Source of the DNA: Epithemia pelagica
Taxonomy: Eukaryota; Protista; Bacillariophyta
DNA: 64,000 nt
Reading direction: 5' to 3'
NCBI GenBank assembly: GCA_946965045.2
Contig: OX337230.1
Location: 372,001-436,000, forward strand
Both the position numbers and the translations under genes were made by a program. Below are positions 42,377 through 54,433 of this stretch, in pieces (within the stretch, counting starts at the first letter, position 1; every line of letters starts with the position of its first letter). The notes under the pieces were generated by a model. The model searched no databases. It saw only the letters and a list, made by a program, of their open reading frames with translations, and was not told the origin of the DNA.

Positions 42377-43134
42377 TGATAAACTTCTCTCGATTCAACA
42401 GGGGTTAGACAGATAGGTAGGATAGGTAAAAGGCTCGCTGAGCCGACAATCGAATCACCAACCGATACAACAATCCTCCACGGGTCAGAGAAGAGTTGCA
42501 AGTCGAAGTCCGCCGTGGGTGGGGGCAGTCGGTCCACTGATAAGAGGTTAGTCTTAAGATGAGTGTTAAAATGGTGATATTAATGATTGTGAGACGATTA
42601 CTAACTAAGGTGGTTGATGGTGCCGAAGTCCTGGCTCTTGCATACGGCCATGGATCTGGTGTGATAGGTCCTCACTGGTTGGAGTAGACCGGCATTGGTG
42701 TATATTGAATGTATAGGGTGATGGATAACATGTATGGGATGCAACAGCTCTTGCTTTGTCGTGGTATAAGTCTTGTCCTGGGCGCGTTGCTGTTTGCATT
42801 CTTGGATTTGTGGGAACAGAGATATGGTCTCGCGTGATCGTGATTCGTGCCTTGATTACATAGACCGTTAGGTCGAATCGTGGATGCGCGTACTCGGATA
42901 GTAGAGGCGCGCACTTGATAGTTTTGGGCGCGCACGTGTTGGGCCATAGTTAATATCCGAGCGGTCGCCGATAACGCGTGCACTGCGAGCATGCCGTGGC
43001 CAAATTTATAGTTTCGCGAGCATGCCGACATTCTTTTCTCACTTTTAGGAAAATGTCATCGGATGCCATAGAAAACTAGCATCATTCGATGAGTTGTAGG
43101 TTTGGCAACCTAGTTTTCGGTGAGAATCCTAACA
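42377..43134 (-). repeat. 5' LTR of element A
   Basis: Near-identical to 26884-27641 and followed by TSD GGAGT. Confidence 0.97.
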
Positions 43135-43138
43135 GGAG

Positions 43139-43328
43139 TCGATTGTTGCGTTCGTCTCATTTCGTTCAAGCGAGAAGTTGATTGTTGCGTTCAGACCTCC
43201 AAACGGACGAGGATTTGATTATAGCCTTGAGACGAGCAGCTGATTGTGGTGGACAACAAGAGAATTGGTGCGTTTGGACAACGATTTGAGTTTGGAAGCC
43301 GTTTGAGAAGAGAGTTGATTGTTGTGTT
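43139..43328. repeat. Right part of the AGTTGATTGTTG motif array
   Basis: Copies at about 43139 (variant), 43176 and 43313. Confidence 0.65.
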
Positions 43329-44039
43329 GTTCGTTGTTGGACGAGAATCAGCCAATTGATTCGCAAATGCCCTTGTCGGGGCTCTTCCACGCATTGATCA
43401 TCAACCTGAATCCCTTTATCTACCGGCATCCATCACAAGTCATGATGCTATCGAACATTGTTGTCTTTCTTACGGATGTTGTTGTTGCTTCGTTCTTCGA
43501 CCAAGTCGATTTGGTTGCTTCGAAATCCTCCAGTTGATTGCCGTGTGTCCTTGCCGTTGCTCTCCTACGCCTCATCCATCCATACCAAAGCTTCCATTGT
43601 CGTCCCTCCCTGCAATCTTCGTTCGTTCCATCATAATCCATCTCCAATGTCGATCACCTCGTCGCGACCTTCCAACCCCAAAGTGGAAGACTTTCCAACT
43701 ATTCTTGTAGGTCGATCAAACTCGCCAACTCAATGCCGCCCTTTTCACCCATCACGGCACACTTGATTCTGAAGACTCCTTGATGGTCGGAGGAGTGCTA
43801 GGACCTTTCGTTGGAGGTGCACACCGGCTTGAGTGTGCCATTGTGGTGTTATGCAGTGCAAAATGACCGTAGTGGTCTTCCTACGAAAATAGAATCACTA
43901 TAGAGAAAACAGTGGAGGCCTTGAAAAGCACGGGCTACTGCTGTAATAATTTCAGTCCGGTGGAGCTCGTAAGTACGAGTAGTATTGTGCCCACAATTCG
44001 TTGTTGGTTGGGCTCATTATATAGTAGTGTACGGGGATC

Positions 44040-44345
44040 AAAAGTTTTCCCGAAAGTCTCTCAAAAAGCTATCCTAGAACTCCGAACGTCTCTCAAAAAG
44101 CTATCCGAAAGTCTTTCATTTGACTTTTTCAGGCCTTCATAGCGAAATGAGAGACATTCGGGGAAACTTTCGTTTTTAGGGATAGGGTTAAACTTGGGAA
44201 TGCAGCTGAAGTGGCACTGACAAGACAGCTAGGGTCATTTTCTTTAAGAAGAGTCAATATGGAAGAGTAATGGAGACATCGACGGTCACTGGATGGTCTG
44301 TCCGAATGTCAGTCTAATTTTTGAAAGTTTCTCCGAACGTCTGTC
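44040..44345. repeat. Cluster of short direct and inverted repeats (CGAA[A/C]GTCTCTCAAAAAGCTATCC x2; AAAGTTT..CCGAA.GTC in both orientations)
   Basis: Direct copies at 44051 and 44083 (32-bp period), an inverted copy near 44151-44170 and a further direct copy near 44326-44343. Confidence 0.6.
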
Positions 44346-46289
44346 ATGAAAGTCCCTCATTTCACTCCTCTCTCTTTTTTGCAAGATAGAGAACAAAAGA
44401 GGCAGATGTCGAACTCCGTAGAGAGTTGGTAGGCAAAAATCCAGGCTGTGTCCGCAGAGGGAGGCAAGAAGTGCCGCTGGGGAGTCCGTGGAAGCACCAT
44501 GCCCCTTTCCACTCCCGAGCAGGGGTGTTTCGGAGGGAGTGATTTGAAGGGAACACAGCATTAAATCCTGGTATCCTTCCTCGCTAAGGGGTGAATGTGT
44601 ACCTTACTCAATTAACGCTGGGCATCAAGCAACACGTGACACCATTGTTGGAATCAAGGCTCCCTGTCTGCTCTTTCTCTCTGCTATCGAATCGTCGTCA
44701 TTGATGAGTGCGCTGGATCATCCGCATCGTGACTTGGCTTGGGTGACGAGGGATTCTCCAAAGGGTTTTCTCAACGACGACCGCGAAGAATCGGGTACGG
44801 TTGGAACAACGCATTCCTCGTCCACGGTTCCTCACAGCAACATATCAGAATTCGCAGTGGCTACTTCCAGACAGAAAGAGCATGCTTTGCTGCAAATCCG
44901 CGCCTTTCTCCGGTCACACCCTGTACATCACTTGTGTGTGCTGATCACTCACAACGTACTGATAACTGTTGTCCGTCGCGAACTGCCTGTTGATGATGGT
45001 ATCGTGACGGATGAAGAAATTACTCAAGAAGCGGAGACTTTTGGTTGATCTTGTGGCAGCTGTTGGTGATGATTTTGCTGTTGTTGCAGAATCATCACCA
45101 GCAGCTGCCACAAGATCAACCACCACAACAAAATCAACCTTCGCAACCAAGCCTCCCAGTACAAGATTTTGATATCACGCTAGTCAGTGGAGACGAGTCC
45201 GCTGTTTTCATGTCATGTCTGGAACATTCTGAACCCAATCGGTTGACCCCTGCACCTGCCGATATACCTACAACATCTGGGGGCTCGCGAACGCACACGC
45301 CCACATTGACATGTTGGAAGGTGAATATATAGAAGTGGGAATGTCGAAAGCGCTGGCAACAGGGAGCCTATCGTCGATAGAACAACAGCCGCCGTGGCTC
45401 CATATTGCCAACGCTTTCGACATTCTCACAAACTCAACTGCCAATTTGTTCATGACTGTTCTCACTAGGGAATCCTCAGATTCAGGCGCAGGGGCCAACC
45501 GATTTGTTTCAGAATTCCCCATACTTGACGTGGAGGACAGTGGAGGACAACGCCACCGAGGGCGATGAAGACCGAAAGCCGGAAGCAAAGAAGGAAGAAA
45601 AAGGACGACTATAGAGGGGTGGTTGCTGCTGCTCGTCGTAGAGGACGCCTGTCATGTTCGTTTCCTTCATGGAGCGACAAAAATTTTGGTGTGGGGAGAA
45701 TCTGAAGAGATTGAGTGGTTCTTGTTACAGGGGTTTCAACATGTTACCATGGGAACGCGAGTACTACGATCAGATTGTGCCGTTGTTAGTCTTCTTGCAC
45801 TGGCACATCTCACCATATCTGGTCAACTCGATCAGGCATTAACACGATGAGAGAGTTCAACGGAAACTTAACTCTGTTCCAAGGAGGAATTCGTTGTAAC
45901 CTTATTGCGAACGATCTTGTAGGACATGAAATCGATCGCTTTTCAGTAGCCTGGTCGCCTACAAAGTAATATAGAGCGCGGAACGGAGATAGGAAAAAAT
46001 TATCTTGTGCAGAATCGCACGATCAAAAGAGATCATAGAAGTACAACAATGTAACATTGAAACAATTCTGTTAACTAGTATGGGAAGCAGGCAGTCTAGA
46101 GATTAGATGTAGTGTGTGGGGAGAAATCCTTGTCATGAGGGGAACGGCAAGAGGAAAAAGTAGCAAATTGTGTATCAAGTAACATGACACGAGAATAAGG
46201 ACAACAACGATTTCTTCAGGGCACACCAGGTTGTGTAGAATCTTGGTACCCGCTTCAGTCGAAGAAAGGCAAACCGGTTGTCAACATCC

Positions 46290-48256
46290 TCAACCTTCCA
46301 CAACTTCTTCCTCTTGTTCTTCTTCTTCGTCGTCAAGGTCGTAGTCGGCATCGGCAAATCTCAACGAATGTTGGGCGGCACGCTTCTTGTCGACCCAGGC
46401 CTTGATTTCAAAGTCATCACCGTCCAACAAGTTCAATTCCCAGCCCTCAAAGAATCGGGGCAAAAAGAACAAACGGCCGGGGATACACAACAAGGTCATG
46501 AGGGGAAAGATAATGGAAATGGCCGACAAGTTCTGCACCAAAAAGACCAAGCCGAAAAAGAACAATTGAAGGACAGTGTACAAGTGAACCTTGCGCTTTT
46601 CAATAAATTGGTTAAAGACAGTGTCTGGGTACAGGCTTGGTTGTTGGAACCACAACAAGATTCGGTTCCAGAATTGCATGGCCGGCAAAGCGGAAAGACC
46701 CATAAACAAAAACACACCGTACAAGACTGGCAAGGGCAACAACTGGAGCAACTCCAAGACCAACAAGGAAAGACCAACCATCAAGTGGGAAAAGAAAAGA
46801 GTCAAACGAGTTTCTTGCACATCAATAATGTTGCCATCCTTGTCCTTGTCGGCCAAACTGTTGAGATGGATAGTGCAAGGAACCGTGGTGGCGACTTTCA
46901 TGGAAGACCAAGGATACCATTGACAAAGTTGAACATTCCGTTCAGGCACAAATCATAGTTGTACGCTTCCCCATGCTTGAGCTTGTGGTTGGGGTGGTTG
47001 ATCAAATGCCATGTGATACCGTTGTCAAGGAAGCAAAGCAAGAAGGCAAGGACGGCAGGTCCAGCAGCGACAATGGGCACCCATCCCTTTCCTCGCAAGT
47101 CGGAAAAGTCGACGAACCAGTCACGAGTTCCAGCGGCTTCGGCTTGATCCGGACAGTCATCAGGGAAGAAGGTTTTGCAAGTGCTGTCACAGCACTTGAA
47201 CGAAGGTTCAAACTTGTCAGGAACGTCCAATTGTTCAGTCTCAATGTCGGTGAACAAGAACTCCTTGATGGCAGTGGCAATCAACACAGACATGGTGACG
47301 GCAAAGTCATGAATGGAACTGCGGATGCCATCGTTGCAGAAAAAGGCAGTGTTCCTGAAGCCTCGGAACAAAAAGATCAAGGCTGTGGTTCTGAAGCCAA
47401 GAATGGTACTCAACAAGGCAACTTCCATGTAGTCGTAGTCCGGATCGTCTTCAAAGTCTTCATGCGAAGGGTGATTCGGGTCAAAGTATCGAAGGATACC
47501 GACATCCGAGAACGGATCACCAACAGCGTCAAACACAAAGATTGTCACAATCAAAAAGGCAAAAATCTCATCGGTGAATCGAGTGGCCAACCGGACGACA
47601 CGAGTCAAGTCGAAAAAGGCGGCAGTCACACAGTAGAACAACAACCAGCATGAAATCCAGGCATTGAAAGTCAAGAAAGGAACGCCAATATTGTCGGAGA
47701 TTCGGACGACGGCCTTGGTGAAAGCAAGAACTGGACCAGTGGAACCAATAACGCACTATAAAAAGGTGAAAACCATCAACGTGTAAGCTACCTGTGCACA
47801 AGCAGTGTATGTACTGCTCAGACGCAGAAAAGAAGCTCTTCTCCCTCTCATGTTTACAAGGCCCATTGGACTTACCAGAGGCATACCACCAATAAGGGCA
47901 TAGCACACACCGACCCAAGCCGTGGCCAAAATGGTCTCGACGGCTCCGATTTGGTTGTTTGTTTCTTTACCGTACACAGCTCCAAAGGTCAACGTGGGTG
48001 CAATGACGGAAATAAAGATCAAGAGTGTCACGGCTACAGTCTTTTGGTTAAAGTTGGTGAATTCAGTCACCCAGTGCGTTCCGACAGTGCGCTTGATGTC
48101 GCCAATAATACCAACTCCCCATGGTTGGCCTTCATCCGTGTGAACTTTTCCGGCATCCGGAACGAGCTCGGAGTTGGTCAATTGCGAGGCACGAAAGTTG
48201 CCCTTTCTATCATCGACCTCATCGACAATCTCTTCGTCTTGGTTGCGCGGAGCCAT
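46290..48256 (-). pseudogene. SLC4/Band-3-family bicarbonate transporter, copy 1, with stop plus frameshift at 46896-46900
   Basis: Exon 1 is 48256-47876 and the intron is 47875-47756 (GTAAG...TATAG). Motifs IAPTLTFGAVYG, IGSTGPVLAF, FTDEIFA, FLDNGIT, QETRLT, PVLYGVFLFMG. Reads CCA TGA AA GTC where the paralog has CCC TGG TTG GTG. Confidence 0.9.
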
Positions 48257-49940
48257 GGTGTTTTCTAGTGTTTGTTTCGATCGTCGGATGCAAGTGCGTC
48301 AATCTGCAAGCAGTTTACTCGTACCTCGTATCGCCAGAGTCGAAATTATGAGACTGACAAGGTTGTTTTGTGGGCGAAAAAGTTTTGGGTGTGTGGTGCC
48401 GTGGTCGATGGGGCAACGCACACACCTCAGATATGATGATGACATCATCATCTACAATACTATCGAATTTACATTGTGTAAAATTCAAATGTCGCAAGTT
48501 GCATTTGCCTGATGGATTTAATCTTTGAAAATGCTTTCTTCTGACTCGGTGTCACACTCTGCAAACGCTTCCTTGCGATCCTCGAATTTCTACTCTTTAT
48601 CCTATAGGTTTGGTCTTGATTCGAACCATTTATTTCGAACGGTACTAACTTATTTAACACTTTTCGGAAAGAGTTGGGTAACGATTCTGTCTCCGAGAGA
48701 GGACAGATAGCACCAATGCGAATCACATTTTCGTGCAAGCAACTGGACCGGAACCTTCTTCACAAGACAGATCCACTCGCATCATCATTGTGCTGACAGG
48801 TACAACGAAAGATTTGGACAAGAAGAGGACGAGAGCGAGATGAGACGTGGTTTCAACAACATGTCGCTCGACGTTTCTTGCACAAGCAAAGTGGCCAGGT
48901 CGCTCAAAGGGAAGACATTCGAATACGGAGACGACTGATTCTGATGGCATCGAATCGAATCCATTCCTACTAGAGAGTGAAGGTGTCGCCAACCATGAAA
49001 AGAAAGTTTGGAGAAGGCATCAATTCGCCAAGTTGTTCGTCGTTGAGTGATGATGAATTGATATATCCAGCCACGACATATTATATCGCTCCTTTGTCGG
49101 TGAAGTCAACCATGGATGCTCCAGTCTTCTTCATATGGATCAAAGCTGTTCTTTCTCTCCAGTGATTTTCATGATATTGGTCCTCTTCGACAAGGGGATA
49201 TTAGACTGTATGGAGTCCATCGACGTTAATTGATTTCAGCATGTTGATATCCGACGGAAGGTTCCATCCGAAATGTCAGTCAAGTGGATCTCTGATTGGA
49301 TCGTTGCTTGGTCTCAACGGCGTATTGTATTTTGAAGGCAGAGAAACTCCCTTTCTTCCATCCATGAATGGATTTGGCTGTTGGATAAGGAAGAGAAAAG
49401 GCCATTCCAATAGAATGGCAATCAACAATCAAACATTCTTTCCATTCGAACCGACATACCTTTCCATCGCACAGCGGCGACAGTTTGTGTCTTTTTGGAA
49501 CGGTGCAAAAATGTAAATTTTTCGCGCCTTGGACAGACTCTGGACCCAACCTTCTCGCGCATGTCTTTCTTGTGAATCTCGACCATGTGAATCCAACTCA
49601 TTCTAACTGACTTTTGGTCAAGGATCATGGACCATGACCATGGCAATCGGAGAGACCATCATGCTCGTGTTGAACCAATGTCGAATCTTGCATCTGGTCG
49701 TCCAATCTCAACAAGGAAACGGGTAAAGCATGCTCCGAGCTACCATTTCAGATTGGAGAAATTTGGTTTAACATCAATTTATAGTTCAGTCAAGACAAAT
49801 ATATTTTTATAAATCCACAAAGGCGTTGCAATTTTGGGAACATATTCACCAATGCGAGTGTCAATTGTCAAATACGTTCCCTCTATCAATCAGTCAGTCG
49901 CGCTAAAAATCAAGGGTGTCTACCCTTTTCACATCATTTC

Positions 49941-51864
49941 TTATGCCACCGACTCGGCATCTTCTTCCTCCTGCAAATCCTCAACATCGGCATCGGCAAA
50001 TCTCAACGAGTGCATGGCGTGTCGTTTCTTGTCCACCCAGGCCTTGATTTCAAAGTCATCACCATCCAACAAGTTCAATTCCCAGCCCTCAAAGAATCGG
50101 GGCAAAAAGAACCAACGGCCGGGGATACACAGCAAGGTCATGAGGGGAAAGATAATGGAAATGGCCGACAAGTTCTGCACCAAAAACACCAAGCCGAAAA
50201 AGAACAATTGGAGGACCGTGTACAAGTGAATCTTGGGCTTTTCCAAATACCAGTTAAAGACCATATCGGGGTATCGGCTGGGTTGTTGCAACCAAAGCAA
50301 GATGCGGTTCCAGAATTGCATGGTGGGCAAGGCAGAAAGACCCATGAACAAAAACACACCGTACAAGACAGGCATGGGTAGCAATTGCAGCAGTTCCAGA
50401 ACCAGCAAGGACAATCCAACCATCAAGTGGGAAAAGAAAAGGGTCAAACGAGTTTCTTGCACATCAATAATGTTGCCATCCTTATCCTTGTCGGCCAAAC
50501 TGTTGAGATGGATAATGCAAGGAACCGTGGTGGCCACCAACCAGGGAAGACCAAGGATACCATTGACAAAGTTGAACATTCCATTCAAGCACAAGTCATA
50601 GTTGTAAGCTTCACCGTGCTTGAGCTTGTGGTTGGGGTGGTTGATCAAATGCCATGTGATACCGTTATCGAGGAAACAAAGCAAGAAATCGAGAATGACA
50701 GGTCCAGCAGCAACAATGGGAACCCATCCCTTGCCGTTCAAATCCGAAAAGTCGACGAACCAGTCACGAGTTCTAGCAGCTTCGGCTTGATCGGGACAGT
50801 CGTCAGGGAAGAATGTGTTACAGGTGTCGTCACAGCACTTGAACGAAGGTTCAAATCGATCAGGGACGTTCAATTGTTCCGTTGCAACGTCGGTAAAGAG
50901 GAATTCCTTGATCACAGTGAAAATCAACACAGACATGGTGACGGCAAAGTCATGGACCGAGTTACGAATACCATCGTTGCAAAAGAAGGATGAGTTCTTG
51001 AAGCTTCGGAAGAAGAAGATCAAGGCGGTAGTTCCGAACCCAAGCAAGGTACTGAGAAGAGCAACTTCCATGTAGTCGTAGTCTGGGTCGTCTTCAAAGT
51101 CTTCATGCGAAGGGTGATTGGGGTCAAAGTATCGGAGGATACCGACATCCGAGAACGGATCACCAACAGCGTCAAACACAAAGATGGTCACAATTAAAAA
51201 GGCAAAGATTTCATCCGTGAAACGAGTGGCCAAACGGACGACACGCGTCAAGTCGAAAAAGGCGGCAGTGACACAGTAGAACAACAACCAGCAAGAAATC
51301 CACGCGTTGAACGTCAAGAACGGGACACCAATGTTGTCGGCAATTCGGACGACGGCCTTGGTAAAGGCGAGCACTGGACCAGTGGATCCAATAACACGCT
51401 GCAACGTGGACCAGATGCTGTTAGAAAGGATGGTACAATCACATCGAAGAATCATGAACTGTTTCTTCTTTACTTACGAGAGGCATACCACCAATGAGAC
51501 TGTAAGTCACTCCAACCCATGATGTGGCCAAAATGGTTTCGACGGCTCCAATCTTGTTGTCCGTTTCCTTGCCATAGACAGCTCCAAAGGTCAAGGTTGG
51601 GGCAGTGACGGAAATAAACACCAAGAGTGTCACGGCAACCGTCTTTTGGTTAAAGTTGGTGAATTCCGTGACCCAATGGGTACCGACGGTGCGCTTGAAA
51701 TCCTTGACAATTCCAGTTCCCCAAGGTTGACCCTCATCCATGTGAACCTTACCGGCATCCGGAACGAGTTCGGCATTGGACAACTGGGAGGCGCGAAAGT
51801 CGACAGCCTTTTGCGGTTCGTCGACTTCGTCGACCAAATCTTCGGTTTGGTTTTTGGGAGCCAT
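49941..51864 (-). CDS. SLC4/Band-3-family bicarbonate transporter, copy 2, join(51864..51478,51398..49941), 614 aa
   Basis: 79-bp intron GTAAGT...TTCTAAC...TTGCAG at the same position as in copy 1. Same SLC4 motifs with an intact frame. No N-terminal signal peptide. Confidence 0.93.
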
Positions 51865-53922
51865 GATGATTTCGTTTATGGTTGGTCTTCAGTTGGTAAC
51901 TTGATTCAACTTTGTCGAGTTGCTGAAATTATGACAGGATGGAGAGAGAGGTTGGAATGGCAATGGTGTTGATTTACACTCTTGCACGAAACTCGCATTG
52001 CCTCGTCTGAAATTGTGAGAAAGGATTTTCTGTCCGTTCGGAAGCAGCGGACGAAGATGGGGGAAGGAAACCACATGATGTCAGCATACTGTTCGATCTA
52101 TAGTAAACGGTCCACACGTTGAACCATGAGGCATGACGTCACTGACGTTTAACACGGAACTTGACCCCTCTGTTTTCTTCGGCTACTAGTTTCCGCACAG
52201 TCACTGTGTCATTTCCGCGCGATCGCTCTGTCTCTCCATGAGTTGCGTTCTGACCTGGGTCTCGTCGTGATGTCACAGCTGTTTATAGTAGTGTACAATC
52301 TATGAACTAGTACGGTCGCCAATATAACCGCCAAATCTGAAGTAAGAAACGACTCGGAAGGTGCATCGAAAGGGATTCAGAAAGAGAGGAATAAGAACCC
52401 CGCAAGAGGACAAGAGACAAGACACAAGACGTGGTGCTGCCTACCAACATTGAGAACAGGACAAACGTTGTCGAGAGAGAGAGACCTCGTGTTCGGTTAA
52501 AGGGACCATTCTACATTACACCTGACAACCTGTGGAAACTTTCTGTGGAAAAGACTATAGAAATCCGGAAAAAACTTGGGGGAGAAACCAAGGACGCAAC
52601 AATGAGCTCTTAGAGTTACATCCAGAAGAAGTATGCATCCTTTCTCAGGGTTTGCAGGCTATCCGTGAATCCCCCGTATGGCGCATGTCTCGTCTTGGAT
52701 ACGGTCGTCCTTGTCTGTGTCTGGAGATAGACGAGTTTGGCAGAGACGACGACAAGGCCATGACGGCACTACCCTTGACGGTATCCTTTCGACCGCCACG
52801 TTGGGGCAAGCCGACTTTGTGAGAGCAACTTTGCTGCTGTTGCTGCATTCGGTCTACTCGCTCGGACGTCCTCTCCATCATGTTCTCGTCGTTCGTTCGA
52901 AACGTTTCCTCGAACGTATGCACAAAGGCATGAAGTGAAGAAACTTTTTTGCACTGGCAAGAGATTATCATATTATCTTCATGACCAATCATACAATAAA
53001 AAGGTTGGCATTCCGGATTGAAATCGAAAACGGCCGTGGATGCAATGTCACAAAAGGGGCTGAGAGAATCGCCACCAGAGAGAATCATGGTGATGTCATG
53101 GGGTCTGGCTGTCCTTCATGACAAGCACGGTTGGCACAACTCCTTTCTCTAGAAAACTACCACCAAGAAGCCCCTACATGTGGCTTGTAAACTACCAGTC
53201 CTCCTCCAGAGAGAAGAAGAAGAAGGAGCGATATTCTCGGTCCATCACTGAATGGTTGTGGCCTGTTCAGTAAGCACTGCTACTGTATTGCAACAGACAC
53301 GACAATACGGACGAGAACCGTCCTCATGTGATGAGAAAAAGGTTGTGTGGAGCGACACAAACCTTGCATGCGCAAGGCTGCACCGTTCTGTCTCGCACTC
53401 GTGGTTCGAACCATGCGCGATTGGTATTCCATTCAGCAATCAAGAGAGAGTCTCGTCATTCATTCCTCCACAGTTGTGGTGGTTGTGGAAAATGACAAGT
53501 GTTGCCTGGGTCATTGTCGGTAGCTTCTTGCGAGCGCCACCTGTATCGATTGGATGTTGATCCTCCCTCTACTTAGATACATTTTTGTCCGCGTATGTCG
53601 ACCACCCGAACCAAACCATGCGAGCCATGTTGGTTGACGAATCGTGTAGATCCAATTCCATCCGTCACACATTCGGGTCTGCGATTCCTCTCTAGAAACA
53701 AGTAGTTTCTCTGTTTTGTGCTGGGAGGATTGCGTTTTGCGTTCGCAGTTTGTAGGATTGGGTTGTTCTTCCTCCAAATGGTCCTGGGTCGGAAACAGCC
53801 ACGACAACAACACAAAGCGCTGCATCTGTTTTTCAAAGCGTTGACCGAGCATATGTGTTGAGGAAAGACATTTTTATTAAAAGTGGTATGGTGAGAAAAA
53901 CAGACCGCTCCGTGGCAGCGAT

Positions 53923-53923
<1 letters not shown>

Positions 53924-54004
<81 letters not shown>
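53924..54004. repeat. (CT)~40 microsatellite
   Basis: 81-bp perfect dinucleotide run. Confidence 0.97.
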
Positions 54005-54006
<2 letters not shown>

Positions 54007-54433
54007 CATGGTCGAGAAGAACGCATTCTCGTTGAGGTCCTCCCCAAAACATGAGAATGACGGAGGCGGAATCTGGGGGTCCGTCACGCCGGGCGAGTCG
54101 GACCGGGAATGTGGTTCCGAATTCCTACAGACTTTGGTACACCATCTAAAACGCCGGGCGTGCCATGGATCGCTGTTTGGTGCGCCATCAAGTCGCTGAA
54201 GGGGAAAAGGAGGACAAACCGTGACCGAAGATTGATCGGCAACAACAAAATTTCCTTCGTTCTTCCCTTTTTCTCTTCCAGGACCGGACGAGAGACGCAA
54301 CATCTTTGTTGCAATAGAACATCAAACAACAAAGTCGCAACACAGTTTCTCCCAATCGCACTCTCTCTTTCATCAACTGTGGAGAAACGCAAGGACTGAT
54401 CCCATAAATCCTTCCGCACCACACAGTAATAGG

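Larger units (their letters stand above)
26884..43134 (-). mobile_element. Ty1/copia LTR retrotransposon A (CoDi-like; 8300 bp without the nested insert)
   Basis: 758-bp LTRs with TG...CA ends and a 5-bp TSD GGAGT (26879-26883, 43135-43139). Domain order is gag-PR-INT-RT-RH. Interrupted by element B. Confidence 0.97.

Noticed and set aside
43896-44030. CACTA at 43896 and TAGTG near 44025 as CACTA transposon ends
   Set aside because: The match does not extend beyond 5 bp and there is no 3-bp TSD.
52431-53560. Several 60-150-aa ORFs upstream of SLC4 copy 2
   Set aside because: No recognisable domain or consistent exon chain.
53573-54303. ORFs with RERE or LSLS tracts
   Set aside because: Artefacts of the (CT)40 microsatellite.
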